Of a DNA stretch of 64,000 nucleotides, positions 9,506-19,460 are shown one piece after another; position 1 is the first letter of the stretch, and every line of letters starts with the position of its first letter. The notes beneath the pieces were generated by a model. The model did no database searches, had not been told where the DNA came from, and saw only the letters and a list, made by a program, of their open reading frames with translations. Made by a program: the position numbers and the translations under genes. The stretch is taken from positions 1,696,001 to 1,760,000 of the forward strand of contig CAVVXN010000005.1 of NCBI GenBank assembly GCA_963752285.1, written 5' to 3'. This stretch comes from an uncultured Planctomycetota bacterium (lineage in GTDB: Bacteria > Planctomycetota > PLA2 > JAEUHO01).

Positions 9506-10942
9506 TCACATCGTCCTGAGCGACGAGAGCAGACGCTCGATCGACGTGCCGGCCTCGCCCCACGCGCTGTCGGGGCACGCCGCGAGGAGCACCACGCGGC
9601 CCTCGCCGCGGTCCACCACCACCGCGACGGTGCGCACCTTCTCGCCGTGGAGGGTGCCGCGGAGCACCATCTTCCAGCCCACCGGGAGCCCCTCCCCGAG
9701 GTCGGCGCGGGCCGAGAGCACCTCGAGATCGGGACAGACGAGCCGAAGCCGCGAGAGGAGGCGGGCCTCCGCCTCGTCGGCGCCGGGCGCCGCGCGCGCG
9801 CCCGACGGGTCCCACTCGACGCGCACGTCGGCCACGAAGAACCGGCTCTCGAGCGACGCGACGCGACGCGAGCCCGTCTGGCCGGGGACGCCCTCGACCC
9901 GCTGGACCTTCCAGGTGTCGCCCGGGAGGCGGAGCGTCAGACCGATCTCGGGGATCCGCACGAGGTCCGCGCCGCCCGCCTGCTCGTCGCGGCGCGCCTC
10001 CTCCGACGCCGCCTTCGCCTGCGCCGCCGTGGCGGGCACGGCCACGACGCCCTCGGTGATCCACTCCTCGAGCACCTCGGCCTCGCGGAACCGCGAGACG
10101 AGCCGGACGCCGTCCTCCTCCCACACGAACTCGTCCCAGGCGTCGCCGTCGGGGCCCTTCACGCCGAGCGACGAGAACCCCGCGCGCGCGGTGGCGAGCC
10201 GGGCGTGCTCCTCGTCCACGAACGCGACGTCCCGGACGCCCGCCTCGCGGGAGCGGAGGAGGTGCTCGCGCGTCCCGAGCCGACCGCGGACGCCGGACGG
10301 CACGTCGAGCTTCTTCTGGGTGCCCTGGTCGCCGTCGCGGACGAGCACGGTCCAGACCGCGTCCTTCACCGGCCCCGTCGCGACGCGCTCGTACCGGGGC
10401 GGGCCGTCGGTGCCGGGCGCCGCCTCGTCCACCTCGCGGAACCGGAGCGCGCGCGGGAAGAACGCGAGGTCCACGTCCTCCGACCGGAGTCGCCGGATCT
10501 CGGGGACGTGGGGCCCGCGACCGAACGTCACGACCTCCTCCTCGAGGTGCCACCCGGGCTGGCCCTCGCCGAGGACCCGTCGGAGCACGAGGTGGCGCGT
10601 GCCCACCGTGCGCCCGTCGGAGCGGAGCAGGTACCACGCGTCGCGCACCGTCTCGGGGGAGGGCGGGGGGCCGCACTCCGAGCCGCGCACGACCTCGGTG
10701 ATCATGTCGCGCGGGAGGCGCATGCGGCCCTCGCCGCCGGTCTCGGACGGGAGCGCGAGGACGATCGCGTCGTGGCCCTCCTCGACGATGCGCCCCTCGA
10801 ACACGCTCCCGTTCCTCAGCGTGACGCGGTCGAGCCGGGCGGGCGCGTCGTCCCCCGCGCGCACCGCTCCCACGAACGCGAGCACGCCGACGAGACCGAC
10901 GGCGAGGAGGAGGAGCAGACGGAGCGGCCCGATCCGGCCCAT
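9506..10942 (-). CDS. Exported hypothetical protein (possible PsbP-like C-terminal domain)
   Basis: Signal peptide MGRIGPLRLLLLLAV…VRA; DRVTLRNGSVFEGRIV N-domain; IGLTLRLPGDTW…IERLLSSLR C-terminus; TAGGAT 7 nt before ATG. Confidence 0.65.
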   Translation of the reverse strand: MGRIGPLRLLLLLAVGLVGVLAFVGAVRAGDDAPARLDRVTLRNGSVFEGRIVEEGHDAIVLALPSETGGEGRMRLPRDMITEVVRGSECGPPPSPETVRDAWYLLRSDGRTVGTRHLVLRRVLGEGQPGWHLEEEVVTFGRGPHVPEIRRLRSEDVDLAFFPRALRFREVDEAAPGTDGPPRYERVATGPVKDAVWTVLVRDGDQGTQKKLDVPSGVRGRLGTREHLLRSREAGVRDVAFVDEEHARLATARAGFSSLGVKGPDGDAWDEFVWEEDGVRLVSRFREAEVLEEWITEGVVAVPATAAQAKAASEEARRDEQAGGADLVRIPEIGLTLRLPGDTWKVQRVEGVPGQTGSRRVASLESRFFVADVRVEWDPSGARAAPGADEAEARLLSRLRLVCPDLEVLSARADLGEGLPVGWKMVLRGTLHGEKVRTVAVVVDRGEGRVVLLAACPDSAWGEAGTSIERLLSSLRTM

Positions 10943-11034
10943 CCGGAAGATCCTACCCTCAGCCTGCACAGCCCACGCACTGTCGTGAATCGCACGGCCC
11001 CGCGGCCGCCCGGCCGGGCGCGGCGAGGACGCGT

Positions 11035-12969
11035 TCAGGACGACGCGCGGATCTGGCGCCGGTCCCCGGATCGGCGCGTGAAGCCCGATCGGTCGAACGC
11101 CTCGAGCAGCGGGATCACCCACTTCCGGGTCGAGCCGAGCAGCGTGCGCGCGTCGGACGGCGTGAACCCGCCCCGTTCCCGGGCGAGGCGGGCGAGGCGC
11201 TCCTTGGCCGACTCGACCCACGCCCCGTCGAACCACAGGTCGCCCGCCTGGAAGGCCTCGCCCCGCGTCTTGAGGATCTTGAGCGCCCGGAGCACGCGCG
11301 GGCGCGAGAGCCCGAGGTCGGCCTCCAGGTCCTCCACGAGGGGCGGCTGGGCGCCGCCGCGCCGGAGCGCGGCCCGGAGCTGGTCCACCTCGCGCTGGTC
11401 CTCCGGCGACAAGGACGCCTCGTGCGACGCGAGGCGCAGCGCGTCCTTCCCCTCGCGCACGAGCCGGCCCCGGGCGACGAGGTCGTCGAGCGCGGCGTCG
11501 AGGACCGCCGGAGAGACCCGGCCGGCCGCGGTCCTGACCAGGGAGACCGGGAGGTGCCGGAGGGCCTCGTCCTTCGCGTGGAGCTTCGCCGCGCCCGCTT
11601 CCAGGCGCCGCCGCACCTCGTCGAACGCGGAGCGGAGGATCCACAGGTCCCGCGCGTGACCGAGCCGGAGCGCCTCGTCCGCGAGGACCATCGCCTCGAC
11701 GGCCGCCTCGAGGGCCCGCGGGAGGAGCCCCGTGGCGCGCGCGATCTCGGCCGGACGCGCGCCCGCCTCGCCCGCGCGCCGGAGCTCGGTCATGAGGAGC
11801 GCGCGCGGGTCGTCGAGGTGCTCCGACTGCTCGAGGAACGCCGCGACGAGGCCCGTACGCCGACGGGGAAGGCGGGCGGGCAGCACCGCGACCACGACGC
11901 CGCCCCCGAGCGTCGCCGAGGCGTTCTCCGCGCGCACGACGAAGCGGTCGCCGGGCAGCGCCACGACGTCCTCGAACGTCTCGAGCTCGCCGATCGTCGT
12001 GCCCCCGGGCTCGAGCGCACGCGCCTCGAGGAGGTGGAGGCGAGCCTCCCACTGCCCGGCGCCCACGTGGAAACGGACGCGGGACCGGGCCTCGAGCGGG
12101 CCCTGCTCGGCGAGGAGGCGCAGACGCACCGCGAACCGCCGGGCGGGCAGGACGGCGCCGGCCTGGCAGACGACCATCCCGCGCCGGATCTTCCCGGCCG
12201 CGACGTCGGAGAGGGCCAGCGCCGTGCGGCGGTGCGGCCGCGCCTCGACCGCACCGCGCTTGTGGACCTCGATCCCGCGCACGCGCCCGGTCCAGCCCGG
12301 GGGCAGGATCTCGACCCCGTCGCCCTCGCGGACCCGCCCCGCGAGCGGGATCCCGGTCACGACCGCGCCCCGGCCCTCCGCGACGAACGCGCGCAGGATC
12401 GGCATGCGGAACGCACGAAGATCGTCGGCCTCGGTGTCCCGGGCCGGAGGGAGCGCGTCCGCGATGGACCGCCGCAGGAGGTCGAGGCCCTCGCCCGTCG
12501 CGCTCGAGACCCTCACCATCGGCGCGGCGGGGATGCCCGTCCGCTGGAGGAGGTCCCGGGTCTCCTCCTCCACGATCTCGATCGTCTCCTCGTCCGCGAG
12601 GTCGATCTTCGTGATCGCGACGACGACGCGCGTGACGCCGAGCAGGTCCAGGATCTGGACGTGCTCGCGCGTCTGCGGCATCGGGCCGTCGTCGGCCGCG
12701 ACGACGAGCAGGACCAGGTCCACGGCGGTCGCGGCGGCCACCATCGTGCGGACGAGCCGCTCGTGGCCGGGCACGTCGAGGAGGCCGACCTCGGTCCCGT
12801 CGTCGAGCGCGAACGCCGCGTACCCGACGTCGATCGTCATCCCCCGTTCGCGCTCCTCCTTCAGGCGGTCCGTGCGCTCGCCGGTCAGGCGCTCGACGAG
12901 GGAGCTCTTGCCGTGGTCGATGTGACCCGCGGTGCCGAGGATGACGCGACGGACGGCGGTGGCGGTCAT
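11035..12969 (-). CDS. selB: Selenocysteine-specific elongation factor
   Basis: GTAGHIDHGKS, DRLKEERERGMTID, DVPGHE, TKID; C-terminal winged helix STRKWVIPLLEAFDR. Confidence 0.95.
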   Translation of the reverse strand: MTATAVRRVILGTAGHIDHGKSSLVERLTGERTDRLKEERERGMTIDVGYAAFALDDGTEVGLLDVPGHERLVRTMVAAATAVDLVLLVVAADDGPMPQTREHVQILDLLGVTRVVVAITKIDLADEETIEIVEEETRDLLQRTGIPAAPMVRVSSATGEGLDLLRRSIADALPPARDTEADDLRAFRMPILRAFVAEGRGAVVTGIPLAGRVREGDGVEILPPGWTGRVRGIEVHKRGAVEARPHRRTALALSDVAAGKIRRGMVVCQAGAVLPARRFAVRLRLLAEQGPLEARSRVRFHVGAGQWEARLHLLEARALEPGGTTIGELETFEDVVALPGDRFVVRAENASATLGGGVVVAVLPARLPRRRTGLVAAFLEQSEHLDDPRALLMTELRRAGEAGARPAEIARATGLLPRALEAAVEAMVLADEALRLGHARDLWILRSAFDEVRRRLEAGAAKLHAKDEALRHLPVSLVRTAAGRVSPAVLDAALDDLVARGRLVREGKDALRLASHEASLSPEDQREVDQLRAALRRGGAQPPLVEDLEADLGLSRPRVLRALKILKTRGEAFQAGDLWFDGAWVESAKERLARLARERGGFTPSDARTLLGSTRKWVIPLLEAFDRSGFTRRSGDRRQIRASS

Positions 12970-13073
12970 GGTCGGAGGGGGTGGGTAGCCTTCCCGGGTT
13001 CGAGCGGGGCCATGCTACCCACGGTCCTCGTCGATCGACGTCGGCGGCGCGCGATTCGCGTCGAGGAGGGTCC

Positions 13074-14851
13074 GTGCGCCCGGTCGAGACCCGTTGGTCC
13101 CTCGCGAGGATCCCGCCCGAGGCCGAGGCGCGGGAGATCCCGGCGCTGACGCGGACCCTCGGCGTGTCCCCGCTCGTCGGCCGGCTCCTGTGGCTCCGCG
13201 GCGTTTGCGACGAGGCGCGCGGGCGCGCCTTCCTCCTCCCGCGGCTCAAGGATCTCGCGCCGCCGTCCGCCCTGGTGGACGCCGACCGGGCCGCCGCCCG
13301 GGTCGCGGACGCCGTGCGGGGGGAGAGCGCGTCGCGGTCTTCGGCGACTACGACGTGGACGGCATGACGGGAACCGCGCTCCTCGTCCGGTTCCTCGCGC
13401 TCGCGGGCGCCGACGTCGTGTGGAGCCTGCCCGACCGGCAGGGCGACGGCTACGGCCTCTCCGTGGCCGCGGTGGACCGCCTCGCCGACCGGGGCGCCCG
13501 GGTCGTGATCACGGTGGACAACGGGGTCAGCGCCCACGAGGCGATCGGCCACGCCGTCGCGCGAGGGCTGGACGTCGTCGTGACCGACCACCACCTGCCC
13601 GGCGCCGCGCTCCCCCCCGCCTACGCGGTCCTCGACCCGCAGCGCGCGGACGCGAACGGCCAGGGCCGGGACCTCTGCGGATGCGCGCTCGCGTTCAAGC
13701 TCGCGTGGGCGGTCGCGGAGCGCCTCCGCGCGGCGGCGAGGCCCGACGGGGTCGAGCGGCTCCGCGCGTTCCTCCGCGACGCCGTCGGGCTCGTCGCGCT
13801 CGCGACGATCTCCGACGTCGTCTCGCTCCGCGACGAGAACCGCATCCTCGTGACGGCGGGGCTCGCCGCGCTGCGGGGCTCCGAGCACCCGGGGATCCGC
13901 GCGCTGCTCGAGTCGGCGCGACTCGGAGCGCTCCCGCTCACGACGGAGGACGTGGCGTTCAAGATCGCGCCGCGCCTGAACGCGGCGGGTCGCGTCGCGC
14001 GGCCCGACCTGGTCGTGGACCTCCTGACCGCGTCGGACGACGCGACTGCGCGGGGAATCGCGCGGCGCCTCTCGGACGCCAACGCCGAACGGCGGCGCGT
14101 CGAGAAGACGGTGCTCGGACCGGCCCTCGAGCAGGCGGGCCGTCTCCTCGAGGGCGACGAGCGGAGGAGCCTCGTCGTCCACGGCGAGGGCTGGCACCGT
14201 GGCGTCATCGGGATCGTCGCCGCGCGGCTCGTGGACGCGCACCAGCGCCCGACGGTCGTGATCGGCTTCGACGGACGCGAGGGCCGCGGGTCGTGCCGCA
14301 CGCCGTCGCACGTGAACCTGCACGATGCGCTCGTGCGCTGCGACGCGCACCTCTCGCGCTACGGCGGGCACGCCGCCGCGGCGGGCCTCGAGATCGACCG
14401 GCGCGAGGTCGAGCGCTTCGCGGACGCCTTCGAGGAAGCGGTGCGGGAGCAGACGGGCGCGCGCGTGCCCGCCCGCACGCTCGAGATCGACGCGGTCGCC
14501 GGCGCCGACGACTGGTCGCTCGACGTGGTGGAGTCGATCGGTCGCCTCGCGCCGTTCGGTCAGGGGAACCCGGAGCCCCTCTTCCTCGTCCGGGGCGCGG
14601 CCGTGGCCGGCCGCCCGCGCCTCCTGGGAAGCGACGGCGTGCACCTCTCCTTCGCGCTCAAGCAGACCGGGGGCGCGATCCGGGTGGTCGGCTTCCGGAA
14701 GTCCGAGCACCTGGAGCTCGCCGCCTCGGGGGGCGCGCTGGACCTCGTGGTGACCCCCATGACGAACGAGTGGCGAGGCACCCGGACGGCCGAGCTCTCG
14801 CTGGTCGATGCACGCCCGGCGGGCGAGGGTCCCCCGCTCGACGGCGCGTAG
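13074..14851 (+). pseudogene. recJ: ssDNA exonuclease RecJ, frameshifted at G6 run 13318-13323 (true lesion or sequencing error)
   Basis: GAGGAGG + GTG 13074 gives RecJ N-terminus in one frame; DYDVDG, TVDNG, TDHH, PRLNAAGR, GGH motifs continue in another frame; adding one G restores VRGGERVAVFGDYD. Confidence 0.9.
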
Positions 14852-14866
14852 GCCCCGCGGCGGGTC

Positions 14867-15235
14867 CTACTCCTCCTCGTCGGCCCGGGCGTGGAGCGAG
14901 CCGGGGCAGCCGGCGGGCGGCGGGCCGTCGTCGAAGAAGACCGCGACGTGGCGGGAAACGCCCTCGGTGGCGAAGTCGAGCTCGACCCTGAGGATCACCC
15001 CCGCCGTGCGCCCGAGCTCCGCCAGCGTGGCCCCGTCGGAGACGAGCGGGTGGACCAGGACCGCGCGCTCCCCCTCGAGCACGGCCTCCTCCAGGTCGCC
15101 GATCTGGACGAGGGCGCCGAGCCGACCCAGGTTCACGATGCGGACCGAGATGCGCCGTCCGCCGGAGAGACAGAGCTCCCCGGCGACGTTGACGGCGTGT
15201 CGCTCGGCCCGACGTCGATCGCCTTCCCTCGCCAT
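14867..15235 (-). CDS. Stand-alone PilZ-domain protein
   Basis: DRRRAERH (RxxxR) then IVNLGRLGA (degenerate D/NxSxxG). Confidence 0.7.
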   Translation of the reverse strand: MAREGDRRRAERHAVNVAGELCLSGGRRISVRIVNLGRLGALVQIGDLEEAVLEGERAVLVHPLVSDGATLAELGRTAGVILRVELDFATEGVSRHVAVFFDDGPPPAGCPGSLHARADEEE

Positions 15236-15335
15236 GGCGACCGATGCTACGGGCGTCCCCACCGAAGCGGTAGGTCCTTCGGGCGATCGAGGCGGCCCCG
15301 CCGGGCGGGTCGAACGGCGTGGTAGAGAGACGCGG

Positions 15336-16379
15336 GTGACCGCCCCGACGCCCGACGAACCGGACCCGCTGTGCCCGCGCCTCCCGGCCCCCCTCGCGGC
15401 GCTCGCCGGGTTCCTGATGGGCGCGGCCGACGCGGTGCCCGGCGTCTCGGGGGGCACGATCGCGCTGGTGGTCGGCGTGTACGACCGGCTGATCGCAGCG
15501 CTCTCGCGCGTCGTGAGACTGCCCTCGCTCTCTCGCGACGCCGAGGGGCGCCGGCGGCTCGGCTCCGCCCTCGCCTTCCTCGTCCCGCTGCTGGTCGGCC
15601 TCCTCGCCGCGTACTACATCGGCACGCGCCTCCTCGTGGGGCCGGAGGACCACCCGGGCTGGCTCCGGCGCGCGTCCACCGCGCCGCTCTGCTACGCCTT
15701 CTTCTTCGGGCTCGTGGTCGCGAGCTTGCGAGAGCCGTGGCGACGCATCGGCCGACGGCGCCTGGGGCACGTGGCCCTCGCGCTCCTCGGCGCGGCGCTC
15801 GCCGCGCTCTTCGCGGGACTCCCCCACACGGCCGGCGAGGTCCCGACGTGGACGCTGCTCTACGGCGGCGCGGGCGCCGTCGCGGTGATGCTCCTGCCCG
15901 GCGTCAGCGGATCGCTCCTCCTCGTCGTGCTCGGCCAGTACACGACCGTCGCCGGCGCGGTCCACGACCGCCACGTGGGAACGCTCCTCGTGTTCGTCGT
16001 GGGCGTGGTCGTCGGGGTCGCGCTCTTCGTGCCGTTCCTGCGCCACCTCCTCCGGCGACACCACGACGCGACGCTCGCGGTGCTTACCGGGCTCATGGCC
16101 GGCTCGCTCCGCGCGCTCTGGCCGTGGAAGTCGGGATACGACCCGAAGGCCGGGTCGTTCGAGAACGTCTCCGTCGGCGACGGTGTGCCGGCGGTGGTCG
16201 GGTTCCTCCTCCTCGGGCTCGTCGCCGCGTGGGGGCTCTCCCTGCTCGAGCGCCGGCTCGCCCCGGGCCCGTCGAGCGACCCGGGCACGTCGGGCCCGCA
16301 CGGCCCGCCGACGGCTACGCCCGGCGCCCGCCCGGCGGACGCGGGCGTCGAGCCGGAGGTCGCCTCCCCCGACGCGTGA
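15336..16379 (+). CDS. DUF368 membrane protein (putative undecaprenyl-phosphate translocase)
   Basis: GFLMGAADAVPGVSGGTIA and MLLPGVSGS repeats; multiple TM helices. Confidence 0.9.
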   Translation: MTAPTPDEPDPLCPRLPAPLAALAGFLMGAADAVPGVSGGTIALVVGVYDRLIAALSRVVRLPSLSRDAEGRRRLGSALAFLVPLLVGLLAAYYIGTRLLVGPEDHPGWLRRASTAPLCYAFFFGLVVASLREPWRRIGRRRLGHVALALLGAALAALFAGLPHTAGEVPTWTLLYGGAGAVAVMLLPGVSGSLLLVVLGQYTTVAGAVHDRHVGTLLVFVVGVVVGVALFVPFLRHLLRRHHDATLAVLTGLMAGSLRALWPWKSGYDPKAGSFENVSVGDGVPAVVGFLLLGLVAAWGLSLLERRLAPGPSSDPGTSGPHGPPTATPGARPADAGVEPEVASPDA

Positions 16380-16513
16380 CGGCCGACGGAGTGGGCCCCA
16401 CGACGGGGCTCGGACGCCGCGCGGCGCGCCCCGTGGGCCCCCCTACGCTGGGGGCGTTGGGCCAACGCCGGCGCCCCTTCGCGAGCGCGCCCCGGCCCGG
16501 ATGGGAGGCTCCG

Positions 16514-19435
16514 ATGCCCGACGCCCCCTCGACCGAGCCGCGCCGGGTCAGGACGTCGCGGTTCCGCCGCGTGGTCCGCTGGCTCCTCGTCCTGGCCGGC
16601 GTCTTCGTCGTGCTGCTCGTCCTCTCGCCGTTCGCGCTCGCGCTGCCCTTCGTGCGGAACCTCGTGGCGAGTCGCGCGTCGGCGGCGCTCGGCCGCGAGG
16701 TCCACCTGGAGAAGGCCTCGGGGTTCTGGACCTCGGGCCTCGAGCTTCAGGGGATCCGGGTCGCGAGCCCCGAGGGCTTCGACGAACCGCTCGCGACGGT
16801 CCGCCGGGTCCACCTCGACGTGAACCTCCTGGGCCTCCTGTCCGGCGACGTCTCCGTCCACGTGAAGGTGGTCTCGCCGTGGGTCACGTTGCTGCAGGAC
16901 GGCCGGGGACGCCGCAACACGGAGGGCCTCCTTCCGCGCCAGGACGCGGACGCGCCGTCGTCGGCCTCGAAGCCGCTCCACCTGGTCCTCGAGGTGGAGG
17001 ACGGCCGCGTGCGCGCGCGCGGCCCGGAGGGGGCCGAGGAGGTCCGGGACCTCGCCGCGCGCCTGGAGCTCTCGCCGAAGGGCGACCTCGCGGCGCGCTT
17101 CTCGGGCGTCGCCGTCGGGGCGGGACGCGGGGGCCAGGACGCCAAGATCGAGGTCGATGCGCGCCTCCCCGCACAGGGCCCGGGGCCCGTCGTGGTCCGC
17201 GTCCCGCCGCTGGACCTCGCGCGCCTGCGGGGTCTCGTCGGCGCGGCGACCGGCGTCGAGGACCTCGCGGGAGACCTCGCGGCGACGGCCGACCTCCGGG
17301 CGACCGCCGACGGCCGGGTCTCGGGCCAGGCCACGGTGGACGGCAACGGGCTCCGTCTCACGACTCCGGGCGGCCAACCCGTCGAGGTCGGTCGCCTCTC
17401 CCTCGCCCTCGACCTCCTCGAGGGCGGCGCCGCGAACGCGGGCGACGCGTCGCTCTCGCTCGCCGACGTCGTTCTCCCGAAGGGCCCGATCTCGCCGAAC
17501 GGCCACCGCGAGAAGGAGATCGTGCTCCAGGTCTCGGCCCGCCGTGCCGCGGGTCCGGGCGCGGACGGCAGCGCGAAGGCCGGCGCGGACGACGCGGGTG
17601 GCGCGACCGTGTTGCGTCTCGGTCGCGCGAGCGCGTCGTTCTTCACGCTCTCGAACGTCGCGAACGAGGCGCCCCTCGAGATGACCGTGGACGACGCGCA
17701 CGTCCACCTGGCGGGCGTCGCCGCGGCGCGCCTCGACCTCGCGGGCCTCGCGTCGGCGGCCGGCGGCCTCCTCGGGCTCGGTCCAGACGACCGGCTCGCG
17801 GGGACGCTGACGCTCCAGGCGAGGGCGGACCTCCGGGACGGCGCGGGCGGCGTGAACCTGGGCCTCCTCGGCGACCAACTCGTCCTGCCCGCCTCGCTCG
17901 GAGGCGCGGGCCTCGCGCCCGCCTCGCTCACCGGCAAGGCGAACCTCACGATGAAGGACGACGCCGTGGACGTCGTCGTGCCGAGCCTCTCCGGACTGGG
18001 TCTCGACCTGGACGGCGAGGCCCACGCGAAGGGCTCCGCGCTCCTCGGCGCGCACGTGCGGGCGCGGGGCGACCTCGAGCGGGCGCGGTCGCTCGTGGGC
18101 CCGCTCCTGGGGCTCGAGGCCCGGCAGCGCCTCGCGGGGCGCGTCACCCTCGACGCGGACGTGGTGCCGAAGGGCGGCACGCGCGCCGCGACGTTCGACC
18201 TGGCGATCGAGGATCTCTCGCTGACCGACGCGAGCGGTCGCGAGATCCTTCGGGAAGCGCACGCCGCCGCGAAGGGCGCGATCGACCTCGCGGACGGCGG
18301 CGGCGCGAGGGTCACGGGGCTGCACGCGGAGGCGCTCGGCGTCCTCCTCGACGCGAAGGGCGGGCTGGAGGAGACCGGCGGCGCGCGGTCGGTGGACGCG
18401 ACGCTGACGCTCGGGGGGGACGCCGGGCGGCTGGGGACCGCGCTCGCGCGTCTCCTCGGGCCGGACTACGCCGACCTCCGGGGCCGCGGGACGATCGACG
18501 GCTCGCTCGCCGTACAGGGCCCGCTCGCCGCGGGCGGCGCGTCCCTCCTCGTGAACGGGAAGCTGCGCCCCGGCTCGTACTCGACCGGCGGCCTCTCGCT
18601 CGACACGCCGACCCTGGAGATCGCTCGGAAGGGTGCGTCCGACCCGCTCGCGGTCGCCGTGCGAACCGGCGTGAACGGCGGGACCCTCTCGCTCGACCTC
18701 GGGCTCCGACCCGGGAGCGACAAGACGCCGTGGACCGCGCACCTCGTGGCGCGGTCGATCGACACGTCGTCTCTCGTCACGGGACGAGGCCCCGGCCGTT
18801 CGCTCCTCTATCTCGTGCCGACGATCCTCCCCGCGGGCGCCTCCGCGCGCGTCCTGTCGGGCCGGCTCGACGCGAACGCCGACCTCGCCGCCTCGGATCT
18901 CGGGGGCGACGCGCTCACGAGGACGGTCGCCGGCAAGGGCGAGCTCCACATGACGGACGGCGCGATCGCCGAGTCGACGCTCTTCCGCGCCGCCGCGGGC
19001 GGCCTCGGCGACGTCGGGCGGGCGCTGGAGCGCGCGGTCCCCGAGGTCGGGAAGGAGCTCGACGGGCTCGCGCACGCGGTCGCGTTCCAGAAGCTCGACT
19101 CCTGGTTCGAGGTGAGAGACCAGGTCGTGTACGTCTCGAACGGGCGCCTCACGGGCGACCAGGTCGTGGTCGGCTTCTCGGGGCGGGTCGCCTTCGCGGA
19201 GCAGGTCGCGCTCGAGGTCCCGGTCACGCTCCTCGGCACGCCCGGCGAGCGACTGCGTCGCGTGCTCCCCTCCGCGACGATCCCGCTCGGCGTCCAGGGC
19301 ACGCTCTCGTCGCCGCGCGTCGTGCCCGGCCTCAAGGCCGAGGATCTAGCGAAGGGGGCGCTCGAAGGGCTCCTCGGCGGAGGGAAGGGCGACAAGAGCC
19401 CCCTCGACCGCCTCAAGGGACTCCTGCCGAAGTGA
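16514..19435 (+). CDS. AsmA-like bridge-type lipid transport family protein
   Basis: N-terminal TM anchor, ASAALGREVHL, long amphipathic beta repeats, C-terminal IPLGVQGTLSSPRV. Confidence 0.75.
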   Translation: MPDAPSTEPRRVRTSRFRRVVRWLLVLAGVFVVLLVLSPFALALPFVRNLVASRASAALGREVHLEKASGFWTSGLELQGIRVASPEGFDEPLATVRRVHLDVNLLGLLSGDVSVHVKVVSPWVTLLQDGRGRRNTEGLLPRQDADAPSSASKPLHLVLEVEDGRVRARGPEGAEEVRDLAARLELSPKGDLAARFSGVAVGAGRGGQDAKIEVDARLPAQGPGPVVVRVPPLDLARLRGLVGAATGVEDLAGDLAATADLRATADGRVSGQATVDGNGLRLTTPGGQPVEVGRLSLALDLLEGGAANAGDASLSLADVVLPKGPISPNGHREKEIVLQVSARRAAGPGADGSAKAGADDAGGATVLRLGRASASFFTLSNVANEAPLEMTVDDAHVHLAGVAAARLDLAGLASAAGGLLGLGPDDRLAGTLTLQARADLRDGAGGVNLGLLGDQLVLPASLGGAGLAPASLTGKANLTMKDDAVDVVVPSLSGLGLDLDGEAHAKGSALLGAHVRARGDLERARSLVGPLLGLEARQRLAGRVTLDADVVPKGGTRAATFDLAIEDLSLTDASGREILREAHAAAKGAIDLADGGGARVTGLHAEALGVLLDAKGGLEETGGARSVDATLTLGGDAGRLGTALARLLGPDYADLRGRGTIDGSLAVQGPLAAGGASLLVNGKLRPGSYSTGGLSLDTPTLEIARKGASDPLAVAVRTGVNGGTLSLDLGLRPGSDKTPWTAHLVARSIDTSSLVTGRGPGRSLLYLVPTILPAGASARVLSGRLDANADLAASDLGGDALTRTVAGKGELHMTDGAIAESTLFRAAAGGLGDVGRALERAVPEVGKELDGLAHAVAFQKLDSWFEVRDQVVYVSNGRLTGDQVVVGFSGRVAFAEQVALEVPVTLLGTPGERLRRVLPSATIPLGVQGTLSSPRVVPGLKAEDLAKGALEGLLGGGKGDKSPLDRLKGLLPK

Positions 19436-19460
19436 TCGCCCTGTCCGCGGCCCGCCCCGC

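Noticed and set aside
16380..16513. Multi-hairpin intergenic as ncRNA or SECIS after the DUF368 TGA
   Set aside because: Short GC stems expected by chance; contains a TACGCT -10-like box; DUF368 is already complete before the stop
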